64,000 nt of DNA from Pelomyxa schiedti (GCA_020536535.1 JAHLWZ010000800.1:80699-144698); one strand, 5' to 3'; positions 12,472 through 25,207 are shown, counted from the first letter of the stretch. A program made the numbers and translations. Notes: a model not told the origin generated them from the letters alone.

Positions 12472-15191
12472 ATGGCAGATCCCGGGTTTCGACGTAGCAG
12501 CGGGCGAGGGGCAAGTAGTGAGTGGTCTTCGACATCTACGTCCGCGTCTGCATCGTCGTCGTCGTCATCATCTTCATCTTTGTCATCTTCGCATGACGAC
12601 GTAATCGCTTTGTCGCGGTAACCTTTGCCGCTCGCACTCGCCAACTTGTGCCACCTTTCTTACGTTCTTTAGAGAAGACGCTGCTTTCATCATCGGAACC
12701 AGTGCTACGTGTAAGTTGAAAATAGAGCGCGTGTCCGGTGCCACTCTTATTCTCGACAATTCTCGCGACAACCCCAGACTTACCATCAAGTACTGCATCT
12801 ACTTCTACCTCAAATACCTACACTTTTTTTGTCTCATTCGGCATGACTTCAACGTTAACAGCATAAATAATAATAAGCAAATCATCATCAACACCATTAA
12901 CTGTGTGTACGTCGTCATCTTCTTTTCTTCGTTTTCTTCCAAGCATTGTCCTTATTAACCAATCACTTCTTCATCACGGCAGTGTCATTTTTACCCTCAC
13001 AAATATGTATCATCATCAACTTTGCCCTAACCTCTTCACCCTCGTACCCCAACATCCATCAGAGGAGATCGTATAGCCCGCCGACGTGCTAGGAAATACG
13101 TTGACCTAATTTGTCAGCAGCGAGTTGGTCTTGTTCACGTTGATCCAGAGAACAACCACGATGACGACCTTACACTTCTTGAGGTACCTTTGGATTGTGT
13201 TGGTTATGTAACAGGTAACGAGTGACATCTCACTACCGAAAATTAATTTAATTAATTTACTTGGCCTTAGGAACCAAAGGGGCAACAATGAGAAAAATAG
13301 AGGAGGAATGGGATATTCTGTTATTTTTCATCACACATCATACCCTCACCAAAGGAAGCAAGGTTGAAACTCTTGCCATTTTTGGTGATCGGCGTGGGAG
13401 GTACACTTCTGTTTCTGTTGTGATAGATTGAATAACAACAATGCAGGAGAGGTGCCGAGTTGAAACTCATGTCAGCAATAGAACAGAAACGGCCGGGACA
13501 CTATACCCATAATGCAAAGGATACCACTTGTGATGATGAATGGGGAACAGAAACTCTGCTGATTCCAGCTACAGCCCTGTCCTACATCCTGGGAAAACGT
13601 GGTTCCACAAAGTGCTGTTCATATTGCATCCCTCTCTTGTTAATTTTCTTTTCTAGGAGGAAGATTGCGCATGCATCGGGTAGCATTATTGAATATGTTG
13701 GCAGTGTGGCTTACCTCTCTGGGTACCGTGCTGAAAGACAGCGTGCACGGGAGTATCTATTGTTGTTGATGGAGCAGCGCCTTGGTCCAGTTCATGTTGA
13801 GACACACAGCACAAGACGTGACTGCACCTATGTGGACATACCGACTGAGTGTGTTGGGTATGTCACAGGTTTGAAGGTTAGTTTCATAATCTGAGTGTTG
13901 TCGTTAACAAAGTGCAGGGTCGTTCTCTCAGGTCAATAGAAGAAAGTACTGACACCTTCTGCTTCATTGATGGTGGCAAGTCAGGCGTACACAGTGATAC
14001 AGAAAGGTTACTTATATTCGGCTTTGTGGAGCGGGGGAGAATGCGTGCTCAAGAAATGGTGATGGAGCTGATTAAACAGAAGCTTACCAATGTACTTTAG
14101 AGTGTCAAAATTGTTTCTTATATAAAATACAGGACAGAGAGGCACGAGGTCAATCCTTGTCTGGCTCGTCTGGAGGTCTCTTACCGGCACCAGTGAACAC
14201 CTCCTATGCAGAAAAACGTATGAGTCCGCTTTCAACTGCACCTCCTCCGTCCAAGTATGCTCGAGTGGATTCACATGAACGGGATGAATACGATCACTCT
14301 TTCTATGGGGCAGACAGCCGAGACCCAAGATTTATCAGGGACAGAGATGTCAGGGACAGCAGAGAGATCAGGGAGAGAGACAGAGATAGAGACAGGTACC
14401 GAGACCGAGACAGAGAGAGGGACAGAGATGTAAGGGATGCCAGAGATATCAGGGAAAGAGACAGAGAAAGAGAGAGGGAAGTTGATGTGAGGAGTACTTA
14501 TGACCCGATTCGGGAGAGAGAATACCGAGAAAGGGAGTACCGAGAGCGTGAGAGAGAAAGAGTTGATCTAGAGCGATTAAGGGAGAGGGAGCATGATAGA
14601 GACAGAGATTTGAGGGTTAGGGAACGAGACTTCAGAGAAAGGGAACGTGAGAGGGAGAGAGACATTGGAAGGGAAAGAGATCGATTATACGAGAGAGGTA
14701 CAGAGAGGGAACGAGAGGAACTGATTGAAGAAAGAAGCAGGGGTTGGGACAGGGAGAGAGACCAAGAGCGAGTAAGAGGCAGACCTGATCTTGAGCTTGA
14801 CCGTGACAATGATCGAGACCGCGACCGTGATCGCGACCGGGAGAATGAGAGACCAGCGGTGATGCCCAGATCCAGGATAGTGGATGTTATGGAGGCTGCA
14901 AGAGAAACTGAGAGGGATAGGCTTGAGAGAGACCGCACTAGCTACAGAGGCGACAGAACCAGCAAAGAGACTGATAAGGATGAAGAGAGGGACTCCTACA
15001 AAACTAACAAGGATGAGGAAGCTGATGCGGAGCACTCGAAAGAACGCAGCACCAGCAATTCTTCACACACCAAAGTCAAGGACGAAAGTGTCTACACACC
15101 CCCTGAGGATGTATCTCTAGTGAACAACTACACAACAGAGGACACACCACACCCAGCCACAGCCCCACCTCGCCCCAACGATCAGCCTTAA
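12472..15191 (+). CDS. Multi-KH-domain RNA-binding protein with RE/RD-rich C-terminus
   Basis: KH GxxG-type motifs AAFIIGTSATCKLKIERVSGA, LSYILGKRGSTK..IAHASG and VGYVTGLKGRSLRSIEE. Long RERDRD low-complexity tail at 14300-14950. Confidence 0.8.
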
Positions 15192-17530
15192 CATCGTGCT
15201 CAAAAACTGCCCAGCGCTTCCGTCTTCAGAGAAAATGGAAGAATAAGGCGTTGTTTTTATGGTCTTTACCTCTCGTTAGAGTTTTCCAAGCAACCAGGAG
15301 GTGATGGTGTTTAGTCGGTCCGTGCACAGGTGATACAACATCATCTCCGCAGATGCGCACCAACCCACAATTCATTCGCCCTCCCAGCCACCATAAAATT
15401 CCTGCGTCGCCGAGAAGTCCGTGCTACACCCAGTGCAATACAATAGAACCAATTCCCTGCACCACACTACACCACCGCGACAACGGTACCCCACAACCGC
15501 ACCGTTAAAAAGGAAGATAAAAAGAGAAAAAGCGATGAATTCGTTCCGTAAATTGCGTACGATACCCCATCCGGTGGCTGGGGGTTCTTGGTTGCTGAGT
15601 TGGAGGAAGTGGTTGTGGCCGATTTGAGAGTGTGAAATGGGGCCATGTTTACTGGCCGATTTGAGAGGAGCCATGTTTACTGGCTTTTGGGGAGGAGAAA
15701 AAGTGTACTGATATACCTTGGACACCTTCTTGCAGAGAGTATTTGGGGGGTAAGTATGACACTCGTAGCGCACTGTAGCCATCCATTAGTAGCCGATCTT
15801 GCTTGCTGCCATTGTGTGCATTCCATTTTCTGGTATTGGCTTCAGAACAATGAAAATAATGGAATTGGGGCACAAACCTGGCCTCGGCTCTCCCTTCTCT
15901 CGTACTAGTACGAAACGAACTTCATGATGCACTGTAAGTGACCCCTCTGTAATATGATAAGAATTAATAAAAGTTACTGGCGTGGGGAGTCGTTTAAATA
16001 ATGGACGTAGCGTGTTTAACGAGTTATTGCAGTGCGCAATTTATATTTTAAAGAGCAGATAAACGCGTTATACCTTCTTGAGTTGCACGTAGGTGGTGTT
16101 GCGGCTGCGGTTTCAAGTACGATTTGTTGTTGACACTTGCGATAGTACAGTTGGTGCTCGGGAGTATTTATTTACGTTTTCTGCCGTAGAATGGTTTGCT
16201 TGTATTTAATGGCGTTTGCCTTTCAGAAAGTGACACATTAGCAATTGAACTTAGAAATAGGATAGCCTTTTGGATAGCAGAAATCACAGGACTCGACTGA
16301 GATGCAGGCTGCACCGTCACACGGACAACACTGCGCCTTGTGGGCACTGCCCCCCACATTGGGTGGTTGATCCCCAAGGGTCCCATCACATACTCCTGAG
16401 ATCTGTACCTGACGAATCTGCAATCATTTTTCGGTGCGGGGCAGAATTGGAGGCGGAGACGCAAAAGGGCCGCGGCTGCCACGTGTGCTTCGATCTCGTG
16501 TTGGCGTGCAGGGGATTGACGCACTGGAATTGGGGCTGTTTGGATGTCCACAACCGCGCGCAGGCAAATTGGTGCGCAATGTACGCAATGTGTCACAATT
16601 ATTTCAATTTCCTCGGCTGGATCTTGTGGCACGCCATGCATGCGGGTGGGTGTGTGGGAGTGAGTGAGTGGGGGAGAACGTAAGATCCCCACAACGACAT
16701 AAAGCAAACAGAACAGCGGAGCATCACTATGTCAAGCCTCGTGTTGGGAGTGTTTGTTGAACTCTTGATTGGGAGCGTTACTGTTGTCTTGGAAGACACT
16801 GGTTTGTGCATTTGGTGGTAGGCCGTTGGTGGCGCGTTTTTCACAATTTCTTCAGATTTCCATCCTACAAGTGTCAGTTGACTACCAGGGTATCTTCCAC
16901 CAAAAGGGCATCTGCACTCACAGACTGCGGTACACTAACAGGCAGTTGGGGCATCAAAACAACCGAAGCTTCGAAGCCATCAAATTATTGTTCCAATAAC
17001 AACAACAAGACCTTTCTCCTTCTCTACCTTGTGCTACCATTTCCCCAAGGAATACTTGTGGGCACTCAATTATGCTCCCACTCCCTTCCACTCTCGTGTT
17101 GATGCCTGGTTCCACCAAGTACATCGAGTGAACCATCAGCGAGGAGTGTACACTCTTGCTCGGGTGTCAATGGAAGTCATTGGTACGCGGGAGAGGGCTG
17201 CTTCACGTTTGTCCATTTCACTTACTCAAAAAACAACCTTCCAAAGGTAATGCATTCTCATCTGAGGGGGGCATATCTGGATCAATGGGCGGTGATTTTT
17301 TTTCCCGATCAAGTTCCTGTAAACGGCTCTGCCCCGTTTTTTTGGGCGGTGATCCAGTCAAAAAGCTGTGAAAAATCACTGCCCAGGGCGGTGATAAGTG
17401 GTTTGCACCTAGCTGTTATTCCTCACTGCAAAAGGCCTGGTCTTGCTTATTTGTCCCTGTGTTACTGGGTATAATAGTGAAGATCTTGTTCTTGTACTAA
17501 AGACAAGAAAAAAAAATTGGTTGTTGCATA

Positions 17531-18792
17531 GTGATGGGACACAATAAACCAACGAGAGCAACAACTGAGGTAGACACAGGAACGTCGTTATTGGTGCCTC
17601 CAAGTGTGGTGACAAGTGCGTTGTTGGGTGGGACACTGGGGGAGGTGACGACAGCAGCAACAGGGGGAACAATGGTGGTGACAACAGGGGCAACAAATGT
17701 GGTGAGTGCTTTCAGTGGGGCAGGGAACGGCATGGTGGTGGTGCAGCAGTGAAATGTGTGGTGGCTGCCATGGGGGGAGCTACAACATTGGTGACAAGTG
17801 TGGCAACGGGTGTGGCGACGACTGCGGCGATGGGTGCGGCAACGACTGTGGCGATGGGTGCGGCGATGACTGTGGCGACGGGTGTGGGGATGAGTGCAGC
17901 AACGACTGCAGTGATGGGTGTGGCAACAAGTGCCAGGATGGGTGTGACTGGTGGGATGAGTGCAACAAAGGGTACTTCAACTGGATTGCTACCAACAGGT
18001 GCCACACACACTACTACAGTGTTGTCCCCTTTAGCTAACAAACAATCAGCAGCACCTGCTTCCTCTCAACCAAAAAGAAAAATACCCCCAAAATCAACAA
18101 AAAAACCTTCAAAATATAAAACTAAAAAACCCAAATCTTCACAAACCAAAAAACCCAAATCTTCAAAATCAATTCAGCCACCAGAACCTAAAAAACCTAA
18201 ACATTCACATGCTCTTCGTGTACCACATAGACATGCACCCTCAACCTCACTTCAACATTTTGGATCACCAAGGGATTACCCTGTTTCCAGCTTGGATGAT
18301 GAAGCCTTTTCATCAGAAGATGATGGTAATGCAGCCTTGATTTTATAATAATATTGTATAGATGTCATAAATGTTGATAGTGACAACTCTGGTGATAGAA
18401 ACTCATCAAGTTCTTCTTTGCTGATGAATCTCTTGTCATCATGTCACGCATGGCTGAAGTCTCAAGGTTATAAAGCAATTGCCACTGCCTTGAAGACTTC
18501 CATCAACACATGTGCATCTCACTGGCCAAAGAAAACTTTTCAGGCAAACATAGCCAAGGAAGTGATGGTTTCAGAGTGTTTGTATCACCTTTGGGATGCT
18601 CTCTCAACAAAGGTCAAAACTGAGTTAGATCAGGAAGTGGATGTGTTGTGGTGGCCACATGTCACACAGACCTGGACAATCAGGAGTATCCTTGATGATC
18701 TTGTGTCTGTTTTGCATTTTGCATATGAGTGGCTGCACTGTGAAAGGCTCTCTTCATCAGACACACACAACACTTGGGAGTGCTTATTGTGA
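17531..18792 (+). pseudogene. Cargo ORF (Thr/Val/Gly-rich, Lys/Pro-rich, then globular C-terminal part), apparently frameshifted
   Basis: ORFs 17531-17752 and 17749-18348 are in different frames. A GTAATG..TATAG intron (~18326-18361) joins 17749-18348 in frame to 18418-18792. Confidence 0.45.
17790..17960. repeat. Degenerate 12/24-bp tandem repeat (TGTGGCGATGGG / TGCGGCGACGAC)
   Basis: Visible periodicity. Reads ATTAAMGA in one frame and CGDDCGDG in another. Confidence 0.8.
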
Positions 18793-18950
18793 CAAATAGT
18801 GGCTTTAACTGGCCTGTCAGCACTGTTAAATATTGAGTTAGATTAAGAGCAACATAAAAAAAAGTTTTTTTCTTGTGGTTAACCCTGGGCGGTGATTTTA
18901 CTGACTGGCTTATGTGCTCAACCACCGCCCGGGGCAGTGATCCGATTTGA

Positions 18951-19028
18951 CTGCAAAAAGTGCATCATCACCGCCCAAAATCACCGCCTGGGTGGTGATT
19001 TTGGGCGGTGATGATACACTTTTTGTAG
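18951..19028. repeat. ~78-bp near-perfect subterminal hairpin
   Basis: CTGCAAAAAGTGCATCATCACCGCCCAAAATCACCGCC..GGTGGTGATTTTGGGCGGTGATGATACACTTTTTGTAG; the arm mismatches are transitions. Confidence 0.9.
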
Positions 19029-19187
19029 GGAAAAAAATCACTGCCCACTGATCCAGATATGCCAACCAGTGCTCTACCCAGTTAAAACCTTTAACTTGGT
19101 ACCAAGTTTCCTTAACCTTTAACTGGGTTAACTGTTAACTGGGTTTTTTTAACTTGGTAATGGGGTTTTCTGTGAAAAAAAAATGTG

Positions 19188-21219
19188 TTATTCCTCATTG
19201 TCCAGCTCTTGCGTTGCAGGTGGTGGTGCTTGAGGGAGTGGCTTGTAATTAAAAATTTTCTCAAAGTTGTAGTGTATGAAGACAAGCTTCTCTGTCAGAG
19301 CAGGGTCAAGAGCATTGCGGTAGGAGTTGTGCACATAACCTTCCCAGGAGAAGACCCTCTCACAGTCAGCTTCTGTTGCAGCCACACCACAAAGCAATAT
19401 AGCTAATTCTGAAAGGAATGGAGAAATAGCCAAAGATGCCAGCCAGTAGTTTGAGCAAGTGAGACCAGTCTTTGCACACCCAAGTTGTATTGGATCAGTC
19501 TTGGACACATGCTTGGATAGCTGAGATGTAAGTTCAGCACGAGGTACCTTGCTAGATACTGGTAGCAGACCACGCTTCATCCATTGGGGGTACTTCTCTG
19601 CAACTAATGTGAGCATCTGCATACTTCCCTTGGAAAAGGTCTCTGCCTCAAGATTTTTACCCAATCGGGCTTTGGGCATTAAACAGCGGGTAAAATCAAA
19701 TATCCTTGATGCCTCAAACTTGTGAAGCATCTCTTTCATGACAGCTTGCACAGGCACTGTCGAATCAGGCCACTGCTGACAGATTTTGTTGGAAGTACTG
19801 AGTAATTTCTTATAAGCTATAGCGGCATCAAGGAGATGACCACCATCACGCTGACAGATGTCTACAGCAATCCGAAATGGTTCCAATAATGGCATTGCAA
19901 GGTCAAGGCCAGTGGGCACTTGCTCATTCAGAAGTTTCAAAAAGCGTGAGAGCTCATGTACCCTTCCACAGATAATTGGATTGGCATAGAAGTTCTATGC
20001 CAATCCAATTATCTGTGGAAGGGTATAAGCATCTTCTTTGGTTTTGGTGGTTTGGATGGTTTGGAGAGATCTGAAGGGTCAGAAGGTTCAGGAGGGTATT
20101 GGAGTTGGATATCATTCAGTTGTTTTCGTTTCTGCTTGTGAATCTTAAAATTAGAAGCAATGGCATGACACTGAGTGACAATGGCATTTAAAGGAGGACA
20201 TGCAGCAAGGATTTTTGCTTGGGTGAGTTCCAGGCAATGTGCCATGCAACGCACAGGAATTACTGTGGGATGAGATTCAATGGCTGCTTTTAACCCCTTT
20301 GTTTCAGCATGCTCATTATCACAGGTTGCACCAACAACTGTGGTTGGGGATGCCTCTGGAGTATGTTTTAAAACAAATAATGAAACAGCAATGATACCAA
20401 GCTCAGTAAAACACTCAGAAATCAAATGGGTATAATCCTCAGCATATGTGCTGTTGTTTCCCAGGTTTTTGAGTTTCCAAAGGTAAGATTCCACCTACTG
20501 TGACACAAAACGCAATGAGCTTGTTGCCTGAAATGTCTTTGCCACCATCAAAAGTCACAGCCACAGCTTCATGAGCTGCCACAAACTCAGTGAGGCCTTT
20601 CCGAAGCCAATCATACAGTAGATTAATCCAAGCATGAATCTTTTCGATTTTAACATCCTCCATACATGATATTAGTATTTACTAACCTTTTCAGGTGATG
20701 CCCCATAAATCTTCTCAGGGCTCAGGATACGACGGAAATAAGGGGAAGAGAGCATGGAAAAGGGAAGTCCAAGCATGGCAAATGCTAAAGCTACCTGTGC
20801 TGCATAAGGATGTTGGTGGGAAAAGGGAAAACCAACATCAAGTTGATTTTTGCTAAGTCCGGGTATCCTGTCACCAAGAACTGCTTGGACATACTTGTCG
20901 ATTGTTTGTGTTGCTGTTGGTGTTGGTTGTTGGGACTTTTTGACAAATTTATGTGCTTTTTCCAAGTGGTAACTATTGCCGGTTAGTAAATAATTGACTC
21001 GCGCTCCTTTTCCCTCTTCCTGGGGCCTCCTTTCCCACATATTCACCCCGCCACACTAAAACAGTACCCAAGAGTAGAAGTGCCTGCACTCAAGGCAAAT
21101 GGCTTGTGTTTACACTTTGGGGCAGAGGGGTCAGCTCGATAATTGCACTCCCAACCACCAGGGGTCTGTTGGAAATATTGCTTGACTTCGGACGTTGCAG
21201 CAGGTCCTCGTTTTGACAT
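19188..21219 (-). pseudogene. hAT transposase (BED finger + DDE + hATC dimerisation), disrupted
   Basis: SEVKQYF..WECNY..KCKH (BED), AVTFDGGKD, ATCDNE, RCMAHCLEL (CxxH) and ATEADCERVFS..YRNALDP..EKLVFIHYN. Frameshift near 20490 and a stop introduced by the palindromic insert at ~20009. Confidence 0.88.
19959..20025. mobile_element. Perfect 67-bp palindrome (micro-MITE/foldback) with TA duplication
   Basis: TA-CCCTTCCACAGATAATTGGATTGGCATAGAA-G-TTCTATGCCAATCCAATTATCTGTGGAAGGG-TA. Removing 65 bp restores the transposase frame (KKMLI-HELSRFLKLL). Confidence 0.8.
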
Positions 21220-21403
21220 GCTACCAGTACTAACGCAAACACCGAAGAGATTGATTTTTCTCAGAAAATTTTTGCTAAGGGTTTGTTTAACTGGGTTGGG
21301 ATCTTGGTTAACTCTTAACTGGGTTTTAACTTGGTACGGTTAACCGAGGGAGCACTGCTTTTAACAATACTGTTCGGACATACTGTGGGTACATGGTTGT
21401 TGG

Positions 21404-23312
21404 TTATGGGATGTCATGCGGAATGATGGGGGAATTATCAGTGGCCATTGTGCTGGTCATTTTTTCAGCAAATGAGGATTCCCACTGTGATTCGTGTGTG
21501 AGGTGATGCTGGTGATACAGGCGTGACAGGCTGGTAGCCCGCTGCACCAGGTCGAGGTGTGTGCCGTTTGATGCCATGTGCCACCAGGCCAGCTTGGACA
21601 GTTCAGCGGGGCACAGGCAGAGAGGCTGGGCGTCGGATTCGGCGAGGGAATTGGCTCCGTTCATGCAGCACTGCCACCAGACACAGTGAGCAAGGCCTAT
21701 TACGTGGCCTACTTCGTGGTAGACAAGCTGCAATATTCGCCGTAGAAACTCAGGGAATGCGGGCGACTCCGGCGCTATCTCGTCGTAAAACGGCATCAGT
21801 GGTTGGGCACTCGCTGCTGCGCTCGGTTCTGCCGTGGTTGTGGTGGTGGTTTGTGAGCCAGGAGTACCAAAGCGGGGGTGGTATCGTGCAAAAGAAAGAG
21901 CACATGTGCGGATAACAGGGTCACCTGTGTGAAATTGTATTAGGACAACCATGGAAAATTCGGAAGGAGGAGTTACCTGTACCAAACACCCAGCCTAGAT
22001 TAAGGGCGAATAAGTCAATCATGGTTATTCCAACAACGCAATACGAATCTTTGGTGTGAAAGGGTTGAAGGCCCGCTACAAAGTCGTCAACATTTGCTCT
22101 GGGAAGATTTGTCTTCTTCGATGTTTTGAGTCGAACACCTTTGATATCTGCCACAAAGGTGTCAGTGTGGTGGTATTCCATAAAGATAAAAATATACCTT
22201 GCAGCATCAGAGCTTCTCCCAACTCACATTCACAGAGATAATATGCTTCAAAAAATTGCATTACCAACTTCAAATATACAAGGGGCGATCCAACAGAAGG
22301 ATCCAAAATTGGTAAAAATCTAATTTTTCGCCGACTCTCCACGCCAGGGGTGGCAACCCCGCTATCAAGGGCCAGTATATATTCCTCTAGTGATTGCCCA
22401 AGAGGTTCCTTGTTCAAATAAGAAAGTTTTTGGTTGTAAAAAGTGGAACCTTTGCCCAGCGAACTGCCATAAGTGAAAGCCAGTCATCGGGACCTGGAGG
22501 AGTCTGTATAGGAATGTGAATGAAAGCTCCGTATAACGGTGCTTACTTTGACAGTGTACAAAGAGTTCCATAGATCTGGTTGCCTCAATGCTGATAGTTG
22601 ACGTTGTAACGTTGGAACGAGGCACTGATACCACCCTTCCTTTATTTCAGGTTGACAACTAACAGCAGTCTTCAAGCGTTCCAAATCAGGAACCACAAAC
22701 TCCGGAGGTAGTGCAGTCCTATTCCTGTTCTCACAAAAACAGAAACAACGTGAAGTCAGAGAAAAACAAGTACCCAGTCAAGTAACAAAACTAAAACAGT
22801 ATTATTAATAGAATAATAAGACTAGGTTTTTTTCCTTGTGGAAAAAAAAGAAAAAAAAAAGCAAACCCAGCAAACCTATAAACCACAGTAGCGGCAGGAG
22901 AAGCCACGTGCAAGAATTGATCCAAAGACAGAATACTTGTACACCCCGGCACGGGGCACTCCACCGCGTCGGGCTCCGATCTGCCCTCAACATACTTCGA
23001 GGACAAATGTGAATCCCAGCACTCGGAGCAGCACCAAGTACAACAGCAGCAACGGCATAAATTGCACACAAGATCGCACGAGCAAGAAGGCTGCGCTGCA
23101 CCATCGCCGCCTGTTTCCCCCGTCGATCTGAGAGATCTAGAGACACACTCACATGACTGCGAAGAAGATGAACACGAAGATTCTGCTGTATCGGACGATC
23201 GGTTGGTAGGGCGAAGATTCGGGTGCAAATGCAGACCGGCGGGCCGGACATGCGCCCCATTGAACGACTCTGTACTGCTCTTTTCCTTACCACACACTGC
23301 GCATTGCCACAT
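21404..23312 (-). CDS. Archaemetzincin (peptidase M54) with N-terminal RING/RBR-like Cys-rich domain
   Basis: HEVGHVIGLAHCVWWQCCMNGANSLAESDAQPLCLCP, and CVVGITMIDLF..LGWVFG. N-terminus has CCSECWDSHL..VECPVPGC. Confidence 0.88.
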
Positions 23313-23567
23313 CTTGAAATATCACGACGTATTGCCGACCGTTATTTTCTGGAAATGCTGCGACGTGCGATGAGCGCCAACAACAACAACCAATTTAGTG
23401 AACCAATTGAGCCACTCGCACCAATTCCTCCTTTGCGCAGTCCATGCGCGTGCTCTAAACTAGGACTCCCAGTTACCGCCTGCTGCCCCCAGACAGTCGA
23501 AAATTCCTCAGATCTCTTACACCAACCCAATTTCGCGGAGTGTTGCTATTATTCATTCTTCGACGCT

Positions 23568-25015
23568 ATGAGCGGGGCGCCGCCAAGCACGAGCACGAGC
23601 ACAACGGGTACTTCGACGGCGGCGAGCGGTTCGACGCCGGGAGGCGGGGCGACGCGGGGGCCGATGGGCAGCGCGCTGGCGATGCGGCGGGCGCCGACCA
23701 AGATCAAGCTGGCGCCGCAGAAGAAGTACGGGCTGCTGGTGCCCAAGGGGTTCGAGCGCGACGACGGCACGACGGTGCTGCCCACGGAGCGCACGGCGGA
23801 GGAGATGAGGCGCATCGAGGCACTGGAGAGGCAGCGTGTCAAGGAAAACAAGTGCCGTGTACTCTGCCCTCATTCTGTTATTGCTTTTTCTTTTGTTTTG
23901 TTTTGTTTGTTTGTTTTGTTTGTTGTTCCCTCAATTGTTGTTGTTGTTGTTTTTGTTTTTGTTTTTTGTTGTTATGTTCGGTTTATTTCGCTTGTGGGTT
24001 TCTTTTAGGAAAAAAACAAAACCTTTCTGATTTCTCCTGTGAATTAACTTAACTTTATAGGATTGCAGAATTGCAATGCGCTGAGGCACTAAGGCAAGAC
24101 CCCACGGTTTACGAGTATGATTCGCTGTATGACGAAATCAAGGCTAGTAGTGCCAGGCCCAACGTACGAGACAGTGAAAGTGGTGGACCAGGTTCAAGAA
24201 GGGCCCCAAAATACATGGGCTCTCTAAAAGACATGGCTGTGAAGAGGAGGCAATTTCTTGATGTGGCCTTTGTAAATAAAATCAGAAACGAATCTGCAAG
24301 GGACAAAGCAGTCTATGGTGAAACTGATGCATACATAACACAGTCATACAAGGATCATCTCAAAAAAAACCAGCAGTGGATAGAAGACGATGCACGTGCC
24401 GCTGCAGGAGACCAGAATGATCCCTCACAATTGGATATGACAAGATTCTATACCACACTTCTTACAAGAAATGAAGCATTTGGTGCCACAGGAAGGCCGG
24501 TCAAAAAACCAACGGCAGCTTCAACCACAACCTCAACCACAACTGCAACCTCAACAACAGCCTCCGAACAACAGAAAAGAAATGCTGCTGCAATACTTGC
24601 CGACGCAGACAGAGAAGAACAGGCTGATGTGTGTGCTGCCCTAGAGAAAGAGGACCGAGAGAGAGAAGAGCGTGAATTGCGCGAGATGGAGGAGCATGAC
24701 CGCAGGGAGGCGCGGAAAAGGCAACAAGAAACAGCAAAGGCTACCGAGGAGCAATTCCAGCGTGTTCAAGAAGAGAAGCGGGTAGCCGCAATTAAGGAGC
24801 GGGAGGAGCTTGTTACAAAAGTTTCAAGGAGGACATCCGAAGAAGGAATCAGTGCTGCCAAAGAGCGCTATCTTGCCAGGAAGGCCCAGCTACAACGCGA
24901 ACAGGGGTTGTATGGCCCCACACAAGCCCCACCATCAACAGAAGCAACACCAGCATCAACTCCAACAGCAACAAACACCTCTGCAGAAACCACACACCCA
25001 GAAACACAAGAGTAA
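23568..25015 (+). CDS. NSRP1: Nuclear speckle splicing regulatory protein 1 (CCDC55/DUF2040)
   Basis: KKYGLL, EALRQDPTVYEYDSLYDEIK, PKYMGSL, AYITQSYK and SAAKERYLARK. One intron (~23852-24060). Confidence 0.85.
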
Positions 25016-25207
25016 AGACACCAGAACGGGAGCTTCCTTGTGGGTGTTGTTTGTGTTTAAACATGTTTGCCTTGGTCAAACAAAAGAACAAAACAGTGAA
25101 AATTTTGTGCATTGCAAGTCTCAAGTAGAAAAAAAAGACTTAAGTTTTTTTCCTTGACGGGGATGATTCCCTTCTTTCCTACATCAATCGGTGCTGTGTA
25201 ATGTTGC

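Larger units (their letters stand above)
17270..19063. mobile_element. Non-autonomous TIR DNA element with internal cargo ORF
   Basis: ~36-bp terminal inverted repeats GGCATATCTGGATCA(A/G)TGGGC(G/A)GTGATTTTTTT(T)CCC at 17270-17306 and 19028-19063. Many subterminal GGGCGGTGAT copies at both ends. No transposase and no clear TSD. Confidence 0.8.
19067..21357 (-). mobile_element. hAT-superfamily DNA transposon
   Basis: Termini CAGTGCTC...GAGCACTG (imperfect ~18-bp TIR extending to GTTAA). TTAACT(G/T)GGT subterminal repeats at both ends. Encloses an hAT transposase. Confidence 0.88.

Noticed and set aside
12790-13060. Unusually long intron in the KH gene as a possible snoRNA host
   Set aside because: Low-complexity CAT/AAT sequence with no convincing C/D or H/ACA structure.
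14498-14938. SR-protein-like ORF on the minus strand
   Set aside because: Antisense shadow of the RE/RD repeat of the KH gene.
15250-17250. Several 70-180 aa ORFs and a short direct repeat (GCCATGTTTACTGGC twice, ~15643-15685)
   Set aside because: No recognisable motifs or consistent splice structure; cannot be called as a gene or array.
17706-18038. Metallothionein-like [11 protein letters not shown]
   Set aside because: Alternative frame of a 12-bp tandem repeat that is open in several frames; no independent support.
19067-19160. TTAACT(G/T)GGT repeats as telomeric or CRISPR-like repeats
   Set aside because: They are subterminal repeats mirrored at the other hAT end (21286-21345), with no regular spacers.
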